Below are positions 23,302 to 36,700 of a DNA stretch of 64,000 nt, piece by piece. The notes under the pieces are model-generated. The model saw nothing but the letters and a program-made list of their open reading frames with translations, searched no databases and was not told the origin of the DNA. The first letter of the stretch is position 1, and the number at the start of each line of letters is the position of its first letter. This DNA is from Protoeuglena noctilucae (Eukaryota), in assembly GCA_958009085.1 (NCBI GenBank), contig OY253668.1, positions 1,736,001-1,800,000 on the forward strand, given 5' to 3'. A program made the position numbers and the translations under genes.

Positions 23302-25302
23302 TCAATCAGAGTCCTCGGCCTCCAACTCCTCCGGCGAGTAGAGCGGACAGTCAATGACGGGGAGCATCTGCCACTCAACGCGATCCATCACGGGCTTGTA
23401 CAGATTCTGCAACTTGACGACTTCACGGAACTCGGGGACGTAGACGCGGCCCACTCCCGGCGAGACGTACTTGACGAGCGGGCCCCCGAAGACCGCGCCG
23501 AACCTCCTCGCCAAGCACAGGATGCCCTCGCGCGTCGCGCTCGGAAGGAAGAGGGTGGAAAGCCCAGACCCCTTGCACATCTCCGCGACCGAAGGGAGGT
23601 CGCCAACGCACTTCGGGACGGCGTTGGCGCACTTCTCGACTCTGCACAGCTGGTAGACCATCTCCGGCATGAACTGCGACGGGCGGAGGGATAACGGATC
23701 TCGGCTCGAACGTGGGGAGGTGGGGGTTGGGGGGGGGGGAAGGACGGCGCCCTAGGCACGCTGTGAGCCCCTTTGGGTCACCGTCATGTTGACGTCCGTC
23801 ATCGTGCAGTACTTGAGCACGTGGAAGAAGGATTCGTGGGACAAGAGCTCCTCGACCCCCCCGGAGTAGTATACCATGATGCGGGCGAACTCCAACACGT
23901 GGGGGCCCCACAAGTGCCTCTTCAGCATGGCCTTGGCTTCCAGCACCGGGGCGGCACTACGGACATTCCCTCCTCCCCTGGACAGGTAGTCGTTGACGGC
24001 GGCACGCACGGAATCCAAATCGCTTGCCAGGACGAGGAGGAGGGGGACCACCTCGTCCAGCGCCTCCCCCCAGACGTCGATGACAGAGAGTATGCCCTCC
24101 ACCGTCGGGACGTTCGGGGGTCGGCACACGGAGAGCATGGTCGTCAGGCCGACCCCCGACTTGAGCACCCTACGGAGGGCCGCCCCCGAATCCGCCGCGA
24201 AGACGGGGGGCGTCGGCGCGCCGTTGGATGTCGACATGACGCGAGTGAGCGCCCCCTTCCTTTCCAGGGCTTCCATGAGCCGGTCCGTCCCCGCGACGCC
24301 GTGTGCGACGGACCACATCCTCAGGGCCGCGTGCCCGTCCGCGGGGGCGAGGGCCGTGACCTGGTCCGCGACGTCCTCGACGTCCCCCATCGGATTTGTG
24401 AGGAAGTGGAGCAGCATCGACGAGGGGTTCTTCGCCATCACCTCGAGCCTGGACACCTTGCACATGGCGACAATCGCCGCCCACCGTATCCACGCCCCGT
24501 GGGTATGGCCCTCGCCGTGCCCGCCCATGTCCACGTCCTCGACCTCGTCGTTCAGGACGGTCGGGGCCTGGGGCGCCGGCGACATCTCCTTTTCCGCCGA
24601 GTCACGGAGAGCCACGTCCGCCAGCTGAGCCATCCTCGCCTCGCGCTCGCGGTTGAGGTAGAGCTTCCTGATCGACGCCCACGGGAAGTGCTTGTAGCTG
24701 ACGAGGGCTTTATTGCTGGCGAGCGGGACTCCCCCTGCCAGGGCCGTCTGGAGGGCTGCGCGCGGGAGGGGGGGGAGTATTCGGCTCGGCGAGGGCGTGG
24801 TTGTTACGACCGAAAGCGGAGGGGGAGTGGGGGGAAGCTTCGTTGGCAGGCCTAAGAAGCCGTCTGGCGTGGGGGGAGGGTCGGAGGGACGAGTATCACC
24901 ATCGCGGCCGTGCTCGAACTCCGCGATGACCCCCGCAATGACGCCGAGACTCCAGCCGTCCGTCCTCCCCAGCGACTCCAGCAGAGGGACCCATTTACAT
25001 ACTTCCGGGGCTCTCGCGCGGAGGCCTCAGAGGTTCACGCTGGGGGGTACGAGGAGCTCCGGGACGGAGGCGAGGAACTCGGTGTGGGTCATGAACGGAG
25101 CCCGGCTGTTCTTGTCCTCGTTGAGAATGTTGGACGCGAGATGCCCCACGTGGAAGAGGAGAGCCATCTCGGCGGGGTCTCGGGGATCTGCCCATGGCGC
25201 CCCGCCGACTGCCTCGACGCCCGAGGTCAGGAGAGCTTCGCCTATCGCGCGGAGGAGGGAGAGGACTCTCTCCACGCGCGCTCGGAAGTCGGTGGTCGAC
25301 AT
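23302..25302 (-). pseudogene. Orphan 3-exon gene with an in-frame TGA at 25029-25027 (pseudogene, recoding or sequence error)
   Basis: Exons 25302-24900, 24755-23782 and 23673-23302 join in phase. The frame continues 'PPSVNL*GLRARAPEVCKWVPLLESLG'. No recognisable family. Confidence 0.5.
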
Positions 25303-25878
25303 AGTGTTCCCGGAAAGCTGGGCCACCACGGCATCGCACGAACGTGGCCTCTGGTCCGTCTCCCGCCTGCGCTTGCATCAAGCAAGATGGTAGCTGTGAT
25401 GCAACACCAAACCGCACAAGAGCGCCGTCATCCGCGCGCGCTGCGATCACTCCTGGCCCGTGCGCGCACCGGTAGCCCTGGGTTATCGCATCCAGGAAAC
25501 CCATTGGGTCCTCGCCAAACCCACTGCCCAAGATCTTACTATCACAAACCAGAAAAGCGTCCGAGGAAGGCTTTGGGGCTCTGAAAGTCCACAGGCCGTG
25601 TTCGGTGCAAGATCCAGGAAGGAAGCGGTCACAGCGCGACTACAGTGGACTTCGCAGGATCCCGCGGTGTCATTAAGGCCTCAGGGGACGTGGGTGCCGC
25701 CTGGCCTGCTCCAGCCAGTTGCTGACTGCTTGCCGGTCACTGGCAGCGCCCCGGGACGGTCCAGACGTGGCAAACGGGCCCTGCCTGCGATGGCACTGTA
25801 CGCTTCTATCTATCGCGCAGCGGGCGTGGTTCGGAGAAGGCATGGGCGCGCGCCCGCGTGGCTGAGAAGCGAGCTGCG

Positions 25879-28800
25879 ATGGGGAAAGGGGACACGGGCA
25901 AGGGCGGGAAGGCCCATAGGAAGCAGAAAGCGGGTCGGAAGGCGGAGAAGCGCAAGACGGCCGAGCTGCGCAAGAAGAAGGGCCTCTCGAAGGACGAGGC
26001 GGAGGTGAGGGACCGCGTCGGCTGCGACGGGCAGGCGCCGCCCGTCGCGCCCCGCGGCGCAGCGCTCGGGGGCGGTTGCCAGTCCGAAGCATTTGGATAG
26101 ACGAATACAGCGCTTATGTAGCGTTGTCGCAACCTAAGACGAAGTCGGTTCGCCCCCGCCGCGCCCTGCCCACAGGAGCACAAGAAGCAGCATGGCAACC
26201 CGCGGGCGTTCGCGTTCGCCGGCACCGCTCGCGCATCGTTCGGGGCCCGCGCGAAGAAGGCGGAGCGCGACCAGCGGCGCATGCACGCTCCGATGGTGGA
26301 GCGCGTCGTTGACGAGCCCCCGCCCTTTGTGGTGCTGGTCCAGGGCCCGCCAGGCGAGCCCCGCGCCGCGAATCGCGCGTTTCATTCGTCGCAATACCGT
26401 GCGAGTCGAGCCTCCGCGAATGCCCGCGGCGCTCTCGCACGCCGCGCGGCGCAGCACTCATCGCTTGCATGGCTTTCGCCCCCTGCAGGTGTCGGCAAGA
26501 CGACCCTGATCCGCTGCCTGGTGAAGCACTACACGCGTCAGAACGTTTCCGAGGTGCAGGGCCCGCTGACGGTCGTCGCCGGGCGCCAGCGCCGCCTCAC
26601 GTTCCTGGAATGCCCGACGTCGCTTCCGGCGATGATGGACGCGGCCAAGGTCGCGGACCTCGTCCTGCTGCTCGTCGACGGTTCGTTTGGGTTCGAAATG
26701 GAGACGTTCGAGTTCCTCAATCTCCTCCAGGTCCACGGGTTCCCCAAGGCGAGCTGCGAATGGGGGAAGAGACTCAGCATTGTTTGACGATTTCGTTTAA
26801 TTGCTTGGGGAGTAAGGCTGATTAACTGCGCGATGATATTACATGAGTGATTTGTTTGATTCCGCGGTCGCGAGGGCCGCAGCGTTGCATGGGCCGGGCT
26901 GCAGCGCGCTGATCAGCTCGCACGCTCCGACAACAGCCACTTCCCCTCGCTCTTATCTCAGGTGATGGGCGTGCTGACGCATCTGGACGGATTCAAGGAC
27001 GACAAGCGACTCAAGAACACCAAGAAGTTACTCAAGCACAGGTGAGGGCTCGCGTGTGCATAGGGGCAGGTCGATGTATTGTGTGTGTGAACTCATCCGT
27101 ATAACTGCTGCCATGCACCTCGCTACACGAGCACGATTTGCCTGTCGCACGTTTCACCCCCTCCCATCGCTCCGCAAGACCATCGTTTCGCCACCACCGC
27201 TTCGCCACGCAAACACGCCAACCCCAACCCCCATTCCCATCCCCATCCCCTCTCACCCTCCAGGTTCTGGGCGGAAATCTACGACGGCGCCAAGCTCTTC
27301 TTTCTGTCGGGCATCAAGAACGGACGGTATCTGAAGAGAGAGGTGCTCAACCTGGCCCGCTTCATCGCAGTGCAGAAGTTCCGGCCCCTCACATGGCGCA
27401 CCACGCACCCCTACATGCTGGCGGACCGATTCGAGGACCTCACGGGTGAGAGATATTGAGATGGGGAAATGGAGGGGGGGTGTTGGGTGGGTGCGGCTGG
27501 AGAGATGGAGTGGCGACAGTGCTGCTGATCTCGCCACCCTACGCTGCTACCCACACGCACACTGCTACCCACACTGCTACCCCCACCCCCACCCCCACCC
27601 ACACCCACACCCACACTGCTACCCCCCCTGCCACCCCCACTGCCACCCCCACTGCTACCCCCACCCCCAACCCCACACTACCAGCCCCCCCCCACCCCCA
27701 TAACCCCCTCATCTCCACCCCCAGACCGCGACCGCGTCCTCCGCGACCCCAAATGCGACCGGGACATCTGCGTGTACGGCTTCCTGCGGGGCTGCAACCT
27801 GCGACCCGGCTCGCGCGTGCACGTGGCGGGGGTGGGCGACATGGATGTAGGGGAGGTGACCGCGTTGCCGGACCCCTGCCCCCGCCCCAGCACCGTCAAG
27901 CGCCGGGGATTGGACGACAAGCAGCGTCTCATCTACGGTCCCATGTCGGACGTGGGGGGGCTGCTGTTTGACCAGGACGCGGTGTACATCACGATACCGG
28001 ACTGGAAGGCGAGTGGTGGATGAGAGGGGTTGGTGTATATGGATGGCTTTAGTATTTACATTTATTAGCAGACCAACTGCCCTCCGCTTTGCCACCCGAC
28101 CTCACCTCACGCCGCTCTAATAACCGGTCATCTCCATCGCTATTAACAACCATAACAACTGTAACAAACATATAGCTTAACTCCAATACATCTCATCCTT
28201 TCACTCAGGTCCAATTCACGTCCCGCCCCGACGGCTCCGCCCCCGGCGTGGACCGGAAGCCCGAGGGCGAGGGCGAGGCCATGGTGCGGACGCTGCAGGG
28301 GGCGGAGAGGGGCGTGGACGAGCGATTGAAAGAGTCGCGCATTCGGGTGTTCGAGGGGTCCAGGCCGGTCAAGGGGGGGGAGGTGAGGGGGTGTGGTGGT
28401 GGGGTGCGTGTGTGCGGTTGGGTAGTGGGGTGTGTGGGGGCGATGGCTGTGTTAGGAGCCATTCCTATTGTGTGGGACACTTGGTGGGATTGGTGGGAAC
28501 GCACAGTGGGTAACAGTGCATAACCACTGTGGACGTGCTCTGCCATGATGTGAAATCGAAAGCACTCACCACCTCCTCCCTCTCTCTTTCTGGCAACCCA
28601 GTGGGGCGAGGATGGCGCGGAGAGCGATGATGGAGAGTCGGGCAGTGATGGGGATGGGGCGGGGATGAGCGGTGACAGCGATGGGGGTGGCAGTGAGGGT
28701 GGCGACAGCGACAATGATGGCAAGGGTGGTGGGGATGATGATGATGGGAGTGATTATGGGGACGATGGTGGGTCCGATTGGTCGGATGATGGGCAGGTGG

Positions 28801-31800
28801 TGGTGAAGGGGGGTGGTGGTGAGGGGCGGGAGGGGCGGGTGCGGCGGCGGGCGGTGTTTGGGGAAAGTGGTGGGTTGCCGGGGTGGGAGGGGGGCGAGAG
28901 TGGGGGGGTGGGTGGGAGTGGCAGTGAGAGTGAGAGTGAGAGTGGGAGCGAGAGTGAGGGGGAGGAGGGGTATGAGGAGGCAGGGGTGGGGCGTGGGGGT
29001 GGGGGTGATGATAACAGTGGCAGTGAGGGTGGCAGTGAGGGTGGGGATGGGGATGGGGATGATGGGGATGCCCTGCTGGGAGCATCTGCTGCCGAGTGGA
29101 AAGCGGGGATGCTTGCGCGTGCTCGCCTGGCTTTCGCGGGTCGGGCTCGTGACTTGGAGGCGCTGGTGTACGGTGATGGCGACGGTGGGGGTGGCAATGC
29201 GGGTGATGGTGTTGGTGGCAGTGGCAGTGGCAGTGGCAGTGGTAATGGGAATGGGGATGGGAATGGTGAAGCGGATATGGCAGGAGATGAGGATCTGTTC
29301 CGTCCCGCGGTCAAAGCACGAAAGGGCGGGGGTGCGGACGAGGCCGACGTCTCACGTCCCGCGAACGTGCTGTGGGGAGAGCTGGCGGCCGTGAGCGACG
29401 CGTCAGTTCGTGCTTCGCTGAGGGAGCGGCGGTTCGTGACGGGGGATTGGGAGGCGGGGATGGCGAGGGCAAAGGCGGGGCCCGGGGGCGATGATTCTGG
29501 CAGTGACGTGGGAGACGGGGATGGGAATGTGGATAAGGATAGCGACGGGGAGGTGTATGGGGATTTCGAGGATCTGGAGACGGGGGAGCGGTTTGGGGTT
29601 GGGGGAGAGAGGGACGCGGTGACGGCGGCGGCGATGGGGGCGATTGAGGTGAGAAGGGGTGGGAGGGGTGGGGGTGATTGTGGATGGTATTTATATTATA
29701 TGCTGATAATAATTTTCATATCATGTATTGTGGCATGTATCGCTCTGGCACCTCCATCGCTGCGCCAATGATATATATTAAGATAAGTATTTAAGTATTA
29801 CTATAATCATTAATCACACTTATGATAACCATATTATCATCGTCCACATCCCCCTTATCTCCCCCAGGCGGTGGCGGAGGAGCAGCGCCGCGACCGCAAG
29901 GCGTCGCAAAAGGCGGCGTTTGATGCGACATACGACGACGCTGGGAGGGGCCGTCGCATGGCTGCGAGAGAGGAGAACGGTGGTGGTGATAGTAATGGGG
30001 ATATGGATGGAAATGAAGATGGGAAGGGGGGTAAGGGGAAGGGGAAGGGGAGGGGTGGGGGTGGGGAGGAGGAGGAAGAGACGTACTATGATGCCGTAAA
30101 GCGGGAGATGGCGGAGAGGGCGGCGAAGACCAAGGCGAGTGATTGGGGTTGATACTTGAGTGATATGTGAGTAATTAGCAGTAGTGAGCATTGGGAGAGT
30201 GCCGAGGGAGATGGCCGGGAGGGCGGCAAAGCCCAAGGCGAGTGGGGGTAAACTAATACTTATTAGTACATGATATTCATCAAAAATAATATTTATTTAT
30301 TTGATTTTTTGTGCTAACATCCCTTAGTCACTCCATATTCCCCCATTCCCTCTTCCCAGGCGGCATTGGACGCCATGCAGGAGGACCAGCGCGTGGCGAT
30401 GGAGGGCCACCGCCCCGGCAGCTACCTGCGTTTGAAACTGAGAAGTGTACCTTGCGAGATGGTGCGGCACTTCGACCCTCGCACGCCGCTGGTCGTGGGG
30501 GGGGTGGGGGCGGACGAGGCGGGGGTGGGGCTCATGCAGGTGCGTTACATTCGTGTTATTGGATAAGTATTAGTAGAGTTAGATAGCACTGCGGTGGGGG
30601 TTAGTGAATGGGAGAGATGGTATAGCGGGGGTGGGGGCGGACGAGGCAGGGGTGGGGCTCAGACATGCAAACACACTTGCCAAACATCCTCACCCTATCC
30701 CTTTACCCCAAATCCCCCCCAGATCCGCCTGAAGCGCCACCGCTGGTCCCGCCGGCTTTTGAAAAACCAGGACCCCGTGATATTGTCCGTGGGGTGGCGC
30801 CGGTTTCAAACGGTCCCCACTCTGGCGACGCGTGACGACAACGGGCGGCTGCGGATGCTCAAATACAGTCCCGAGCACATGCACTGTTTGGCGATGGCGT
30901 ATGGGCCGCTGGCGCCCCCAAACACGGGCGTGGTGGCGGTGCAGACCGTCAGCGACGGGGCGGCGGGGTGGAGGATCAGGTGAGCATTAATTGATAATAG
31001 ATGGGTATTGATATAGTTTGTTGTTATTGATAGTGACAGTGACGGTGGCGGTGCAAACGGGTCAGCGATAGGGCGGTGCACTCTTACACCACCCCAACCG
31101 CACCCACACCACCTCACCACCCCCACTCTTCCCCACCCCGCCCCCACCCACCCCACCACTCCTTCCCCCCCCCCCCCAGCGCCACGGGCGTGGTGCTCGA
31201 GCAAGACGCCTCCGCTCGCGTGGTCAAGAAGCTCAAGCTGGTGGGGTACCCTGCTAAGGTGCACCGCCACACGGCGTTTGTGAGGGGGATGTTTGGGTCG
31301 CAACTGGAAGCATCAAAATTCGAGGGGGCGGCGGTGCGGACGGTGTCGGGCATACGGTGAGGAATGAGAGATGGGATGGGATGGGTTGATAATATGATGT
31401 GGGGTGGTGATGTGTGCAACGCCATCGCCCAGTCTGTTTACATGGTTGTAACTTTACAATTATAAATTATAATCATAAGTTCGCCATATATTTATGATAA
31501 ATAACGTATACATCCCCCCCCTTCATAACAGCGGCATCATCAAGAAGGCGGTGCGCGAGGGTGCGGGCGTGAAGGGCGCTCCCCCGGGCACCGTGCGTGT
31601 CACATTCGAGGACAAGCCGCTGGGTTCGGATATCGTGTTCCTGCGAGCATGGGTGCAGGCGAGTGGAGCGTAACATGTGGATTTAAAACACAATTGTAAT
31701 TATATTATAATGATTAATGTGATATTATATCATTATTATAATATATTATCATACAATTAATCCCCATCCCTGTCATTCAGGTCGACATGCCCCGCTTCTT

Positions 31801-33305
31801 CCACCCCATGACGGACCTGCTCCACCACCGCGCCCCCACCAGGCGATTGGCCAAGGCACCCAAAGCCGCAGATGCCACCAAATCGCAGCGATCTATCACC
31901 GAGGAAGCCATGCGGAGGGCGGGGGTGGGGGCGAACGGGACACCCGCTGATAACGCAGCAAGCGAGGGGGGTGCGGGGGGCGGCAACGGTCGCGGTTCAA
32001 ATTCAGATTCCAAAGATGGGGGTGGGATGGACGGGAAAATGGATGGGGCGTCGCAGCATTTGCCCGCGGAGTTTCAGCCCAGTGATAGGTTCCGGGGCAG
32101 GGTGGAGGGCTTTGTATTCAAGATGGGGCCGAGGGGGCTGGGGTATTACGAAGACGTGGGGTTGGGGGAGCTGGAGCGGTGAGTGGGTTGGGTGGGAGTG
32201 TTATAGGGGAGTGCTATTGAGTGCTATTCATGGGAGTGATTTTTTACATTGTCTTGTACTTCCTGATCTACGCTATCTCGTCCCTCACCCCGTCCTCCGC
32301 CCCTCTTTCTATCTTACTGTCAACCCTACAGCCAACAATGTCACCAATGCTACTGTTCTAACCATCACCGCTACCATCACTTCCAATCCCACCCCCTAAC
32401 CTCTCCCTCCTCCCCCCAACCCCGCCCGCAGCCTCGCCCCCCCCGGCACCCCCCACGCCCACGCAACCACCGACCCCGCTGCTTGGGTGGCGATGCGGAC
32501 CGTCGCGGAGTTGCGGAGAGCGAAGGGAGAGGCCGCTCCCCGCGATCCCGACAGCCTGTACCGTGCTGTGGAGAGGGCTCCCAAGAAATTCAACCCCATG
32601 CGCGTGCCAAGGGCGCTGCAGAGGGAGCTGCCCTTCCAGTCCAAGGCAAGTGTTATCAGTTTACTATCATGAGTATTAGTAACTGTATCATTATGAATAT
32701 AGAATTCATGATTATATGTGGATGTGTCTGGATGTGACCCAATGGTCGTGCCGCAGGCGCTGCAGAGGACTGTGGTTTGTATTGTAATTGTAACTAATAA
32801 TACCTTCATTCCCGCAACTATCGCAGCCCAAGCTGGAAGCCCCCCGCAACAACAAGCGCAAGTTGCTTGACCAGCGTCGCGCGGTGGTGATGGAGCCGGG
32901 GGAGAGGAAGCTGCACACGCTCGTGCAGCAGCTCAACGCCATTCGGTGAGATGCTGGTTGTGGTAACGTCAAATATGATGCGGTGATAACGATTCTAATG
33001 ATAGTGTTTTTGGAAAACTTTGGAAATCCTTATTGTGTGCATGTTGACCTTTTTTATCATTTATAACGATGATTAATCAACAATTCCCCCATCCCCCTCT
33101 CCGCAGCAACCACAAAGCCGGCATTCGTGCTCAGCAGCAGCGTGCGAGCCGGGAGGCCTTGCAAAAGCGACTGGCAAAAGAGGGGGCAGAGAGGGAGGGT
33201 GCGGCAAAGGAGAGGAGGAAGAGGAGGTATCAAATGGATCAGGCGAAAGATAACAGGGAGAAGGCGAGGGGGAAGAAGGCAAAAGTGGGGGGTGGGGGGG
33301 AGTGA
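25879..33305 (+). CDS. BMS1: Ribosome biogenesis GTPase BMS1 (~17 exons)
   Basis: '[28 protein letters not shown]', '[30 protein letters not shown]', 'IRLKRHRW', '[12 protein letters not shown]', '[20 protein letters not shown]'. Six GC donors. Confidence 0.97.
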
Positions 33306-33765
33306 GAGTGGTGGGGGTGGTGGGGTGGTGGTGGTGTGAGGGGTGGTGTGCAAGGGTGGCGAGGGGAGGGTGGGTGGTGGTGGTGGTGGTTGGCTTCCAT
33401 AGTTTACAGTGTTTGCACGTTGGCGCATTTGCGGATGGGTCGATGTGTTTGCTGGCGGGGAGATGAGCGTGTGGGTTGGCGCTTGCATGCACGCCTGCTA
33501 TGTTGCGGCGCTCGGTGGCTGTTGAAAGGAGAGAATTGGAATGGCATTGTCTTATAGATTCAAACCATCGTTTGCTTGCTTTCAAAAACAAAAGGGCCTT
33601 CCCAGCTTGCCGTGCATGGCGATGCACCACCTATCGCCCTCTCCCCACTCTCTCTCTCCCCCCCTCACAGCTGCAACACCCACTCCGACTCTCTCCCCCT
33701 CTCTCCCTCTCTCTTTCAACCCTTTCAACCCCACTCCACTCCCCCACTCTCCCTCCCTCTCCCAC

Positions 33766-36700
33766 TCACACCTGCGCCCCCACCCCAAAGTGGAACCGCC
33801 CCCTCCCACGATCGTTGAAGGCGTACTCCAAACGAAGGGGGCCCACGGGGGAGTCGAGGCTGGGGGAAAAAGAGTGGTGATAACAGTTATTATAGAGATA
33901 CAGTCATTGTTATATATCTGTGATATAGTAATATTACAGTGCATACTCCAGGCAAAGGGGACCTACGGGGGAGTCGAGGCTGGGGGAATGGGGAGAGTCG
34001 TGATAGTGACTATATGGATAAATCGAGTCATTGGTAGACTTAATACTACCTTCACACCACATCCCCAGCCCACACCCTCAACCCCACACCTCCACCCCCA
34101 CCCCCACCACACACCCCCCCCACCCCTCCCCAACAACACTCACCGCACGCCCCCCCCCACCCCGTACCCACTCCCTGGCTTGCCCCGCGTCCCAGCCGGA
34201 TCTCCCGACACCGTTTCCCCCGATCCCAGATCCGTCCCGTAATCCACGAAAGCGACTGCCGATACCGCACCATACACCGGCAAACGTGCTTCGGCCGACC
34301 CCACCAAACACCGCCTGCCAGTACCCACTCCCCCCTCCTCATACCCCCTCACTGAGTTGGTCCCTCCCAAAGGGAACGCCTCATATGGCGGCAAATCGCC
34401 CCACGTCGCCCCGCCCTTGCCCTGCAGCACGATCGTGGCGGGACCGACCCGCACCTCACGTTCGGCGCGCAATCGTGCTCTGGTGAAGCTGAGCCAGTGG
34501 TCGCCCGGTGCGCCGGCGAGCATGGCGGCGGGGGGGGGGATCGCCTTTTCGAGCGATGCGAGGAGATGGGCGTCGGATGTGGGGGGGGAGTACACAACTT
34601 GTGCGCGTGCCGATGCGCAGAGGTCTGCCACATCGCCCGACCAGGTGACGGGGGCCTGGTACTGGTCCTGAAGGGGGTGAATTGGGGATTTGCATTTAAA
34701 TTACTATCTACGAGGGTGGGGTTGATGTTTAGATGGGGTTCATCAAGAGAGATAGAGTGTTGGTGGGGCGGGCGGGTGAGAGGGCGAGTGGATGGTTGGG
34801 TTGCAGTTAAAACAGATAAGTAACATGCATAGCATATCAAACATATAACAACCACTCAATCGCCGACTCACCCTGGTGACGGGCCTCCCGTCGTTGAGGC
34901 AGGTGGTGCGCTGCAGGGCCAGGTGAAGGGACGCTGACCATTCTTGAGACCGGGGGCGCGTCCACTCCACGGATCCCTGCGGATGGGGATTGAAATTTGA
35001 AATATAATGGGTATCCAACATAGCATCCGTATCTAAAATTCCGATATCTTAAACAGTGGCATGGGGTACCTGATCCAGTAATCTGATAGCAAAAAATGCA
35101 ACATCAAATTATAATAATAATAATGATAAACACCCCATCACCTGCAGCTTCCCCAGCGCGAGCGCCCCCTCCTCCCCCGTCCCTGCCCCCTCGTCGTCCT
35201 CCTGCCTGGCAGCGCCCAGGATGCTAGCAGCGCTGGATCGGGTGTTCTGGATGGCAATACTCCTGAAAAGGTGAAGAATAAAGAGTAATTAATTCACATC
35301 GACTTCCATTGATGGTTTGCATGCAATGATTCACACACCTCCTTACCCTCATGTTCGAACCCCAACCCACTCACACCCAAACCCCACTCCGATTCTAAAC
35401 CCTACCTCATTCAAATTTAAACTCGCCTGGACGTGCGGTGCGGGTCCCCCTCAATCCACGGATCGAGGTGGCTGACCCGGAAGAGCGCGTCCTGCTGCCC
35501 CACCTCCACCGACGCCGTCAGTTTCTGATTCAAACCGAACAAGTTGCGCTGACTGTAGGCCACGTTCCCGATGAAGCCGGGAGCACCGCCCTCGCCGGCC
35601 GCGCTGGGGGGGGTGAGGGGGTGGGGGGGTGGTGAGTGGGGATGGGTGGGGGTGGGTGGGGGTGAGAATGAGGTGTGGAGGGGTTGCGGGGGAAAGGAGT
35701 GGCGCCGACAGCCCCCCCTTGCACCCTCAATACACCCACCATCTCCCACCATCTCACCCCATCAACCCACACCCATCTACCCCACCCCATCTAATCATAC
35801 TAACCCATCCACTCCCCACTCACAGCGCGGACAGCCCCCCCCCGCCGACAGCCCCCCCATGCACCCTGTCTACACCCGCCATCTAACCTACACCCATCTA
35901 CTCCCAATCACTCTCATCTAACCCCACCCACCCCATCCACTCACAGCGCGGACAGGCCCCCCCCCGCCGACAGCCCCCCCGGCTTCCTCTCCGTCACATT
36001 CACGGTCACCGCCACTTGCTGCGGCCCATCTGTGCTAGCTGCGTCGTCCGTGGATGGGGATATCGACACGTCCTCGAATAGACCCGTGGCGAAGATGCTC
36101 TCGATGTCTTTNNNNNNNNNNNNNNNNNNNNNNNNNNNNNNNNNNNNNNNNNNNNNNNNNNNNNNNNNNNNNNNNNNNNNNNNNNNNNNNNNNNNNNNNN
36201 NNNNNNNNNNNNNNNNNNNNNNNNNNNNNNNNNNNNNNNNNNNNNNNNNNNNNNNNNNNNNNNNNNNNNNNNNNNNNNNNNNNNNNNNNNNNNNNNNNNN
36301 NNNNNNNNNNNCCCACGCACACCACCCCCCGCAGCTCCTGGTTGGGCGTGACGACGAACGTGATCTTGACGCCATCCCGTGTGTCCTCGGGTCGAACCTC
36401 GCACTGCGCGAAGTATCCCAAATCGTAAACCCGCCTAACGTCCCGCTGCACCTCCCCCAGCGTTATAGGCGAAGTTGGGTTTGGTCTGCAGCGCCGCTCT
36501 CGCCCAGTCGCGCAGCTCTCCCTCGACTCCCACACCTCCACCTCGCTGATAAGGATGCGCTCGTCTTCCGATGGAGCGCCGCCGTCAGCGGGCGGCGGGG
36601 AGGAGGGGTCGGTTTGGGGAGCGGGGGTGGCAGGCTTGGGGGGGGTGGCGGGCGGGCGGCGGGGCGGGCGGAACGATGGGCGGGGGCAGGGGGCGGCGGA

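Noticed and set aside
14400..33100. Skewed introns as introner/transposon-derived repeats
   Set aside because: They share composition but I saw no alignable family sequence, terminal inverted repeats or target-site duplications between introns.
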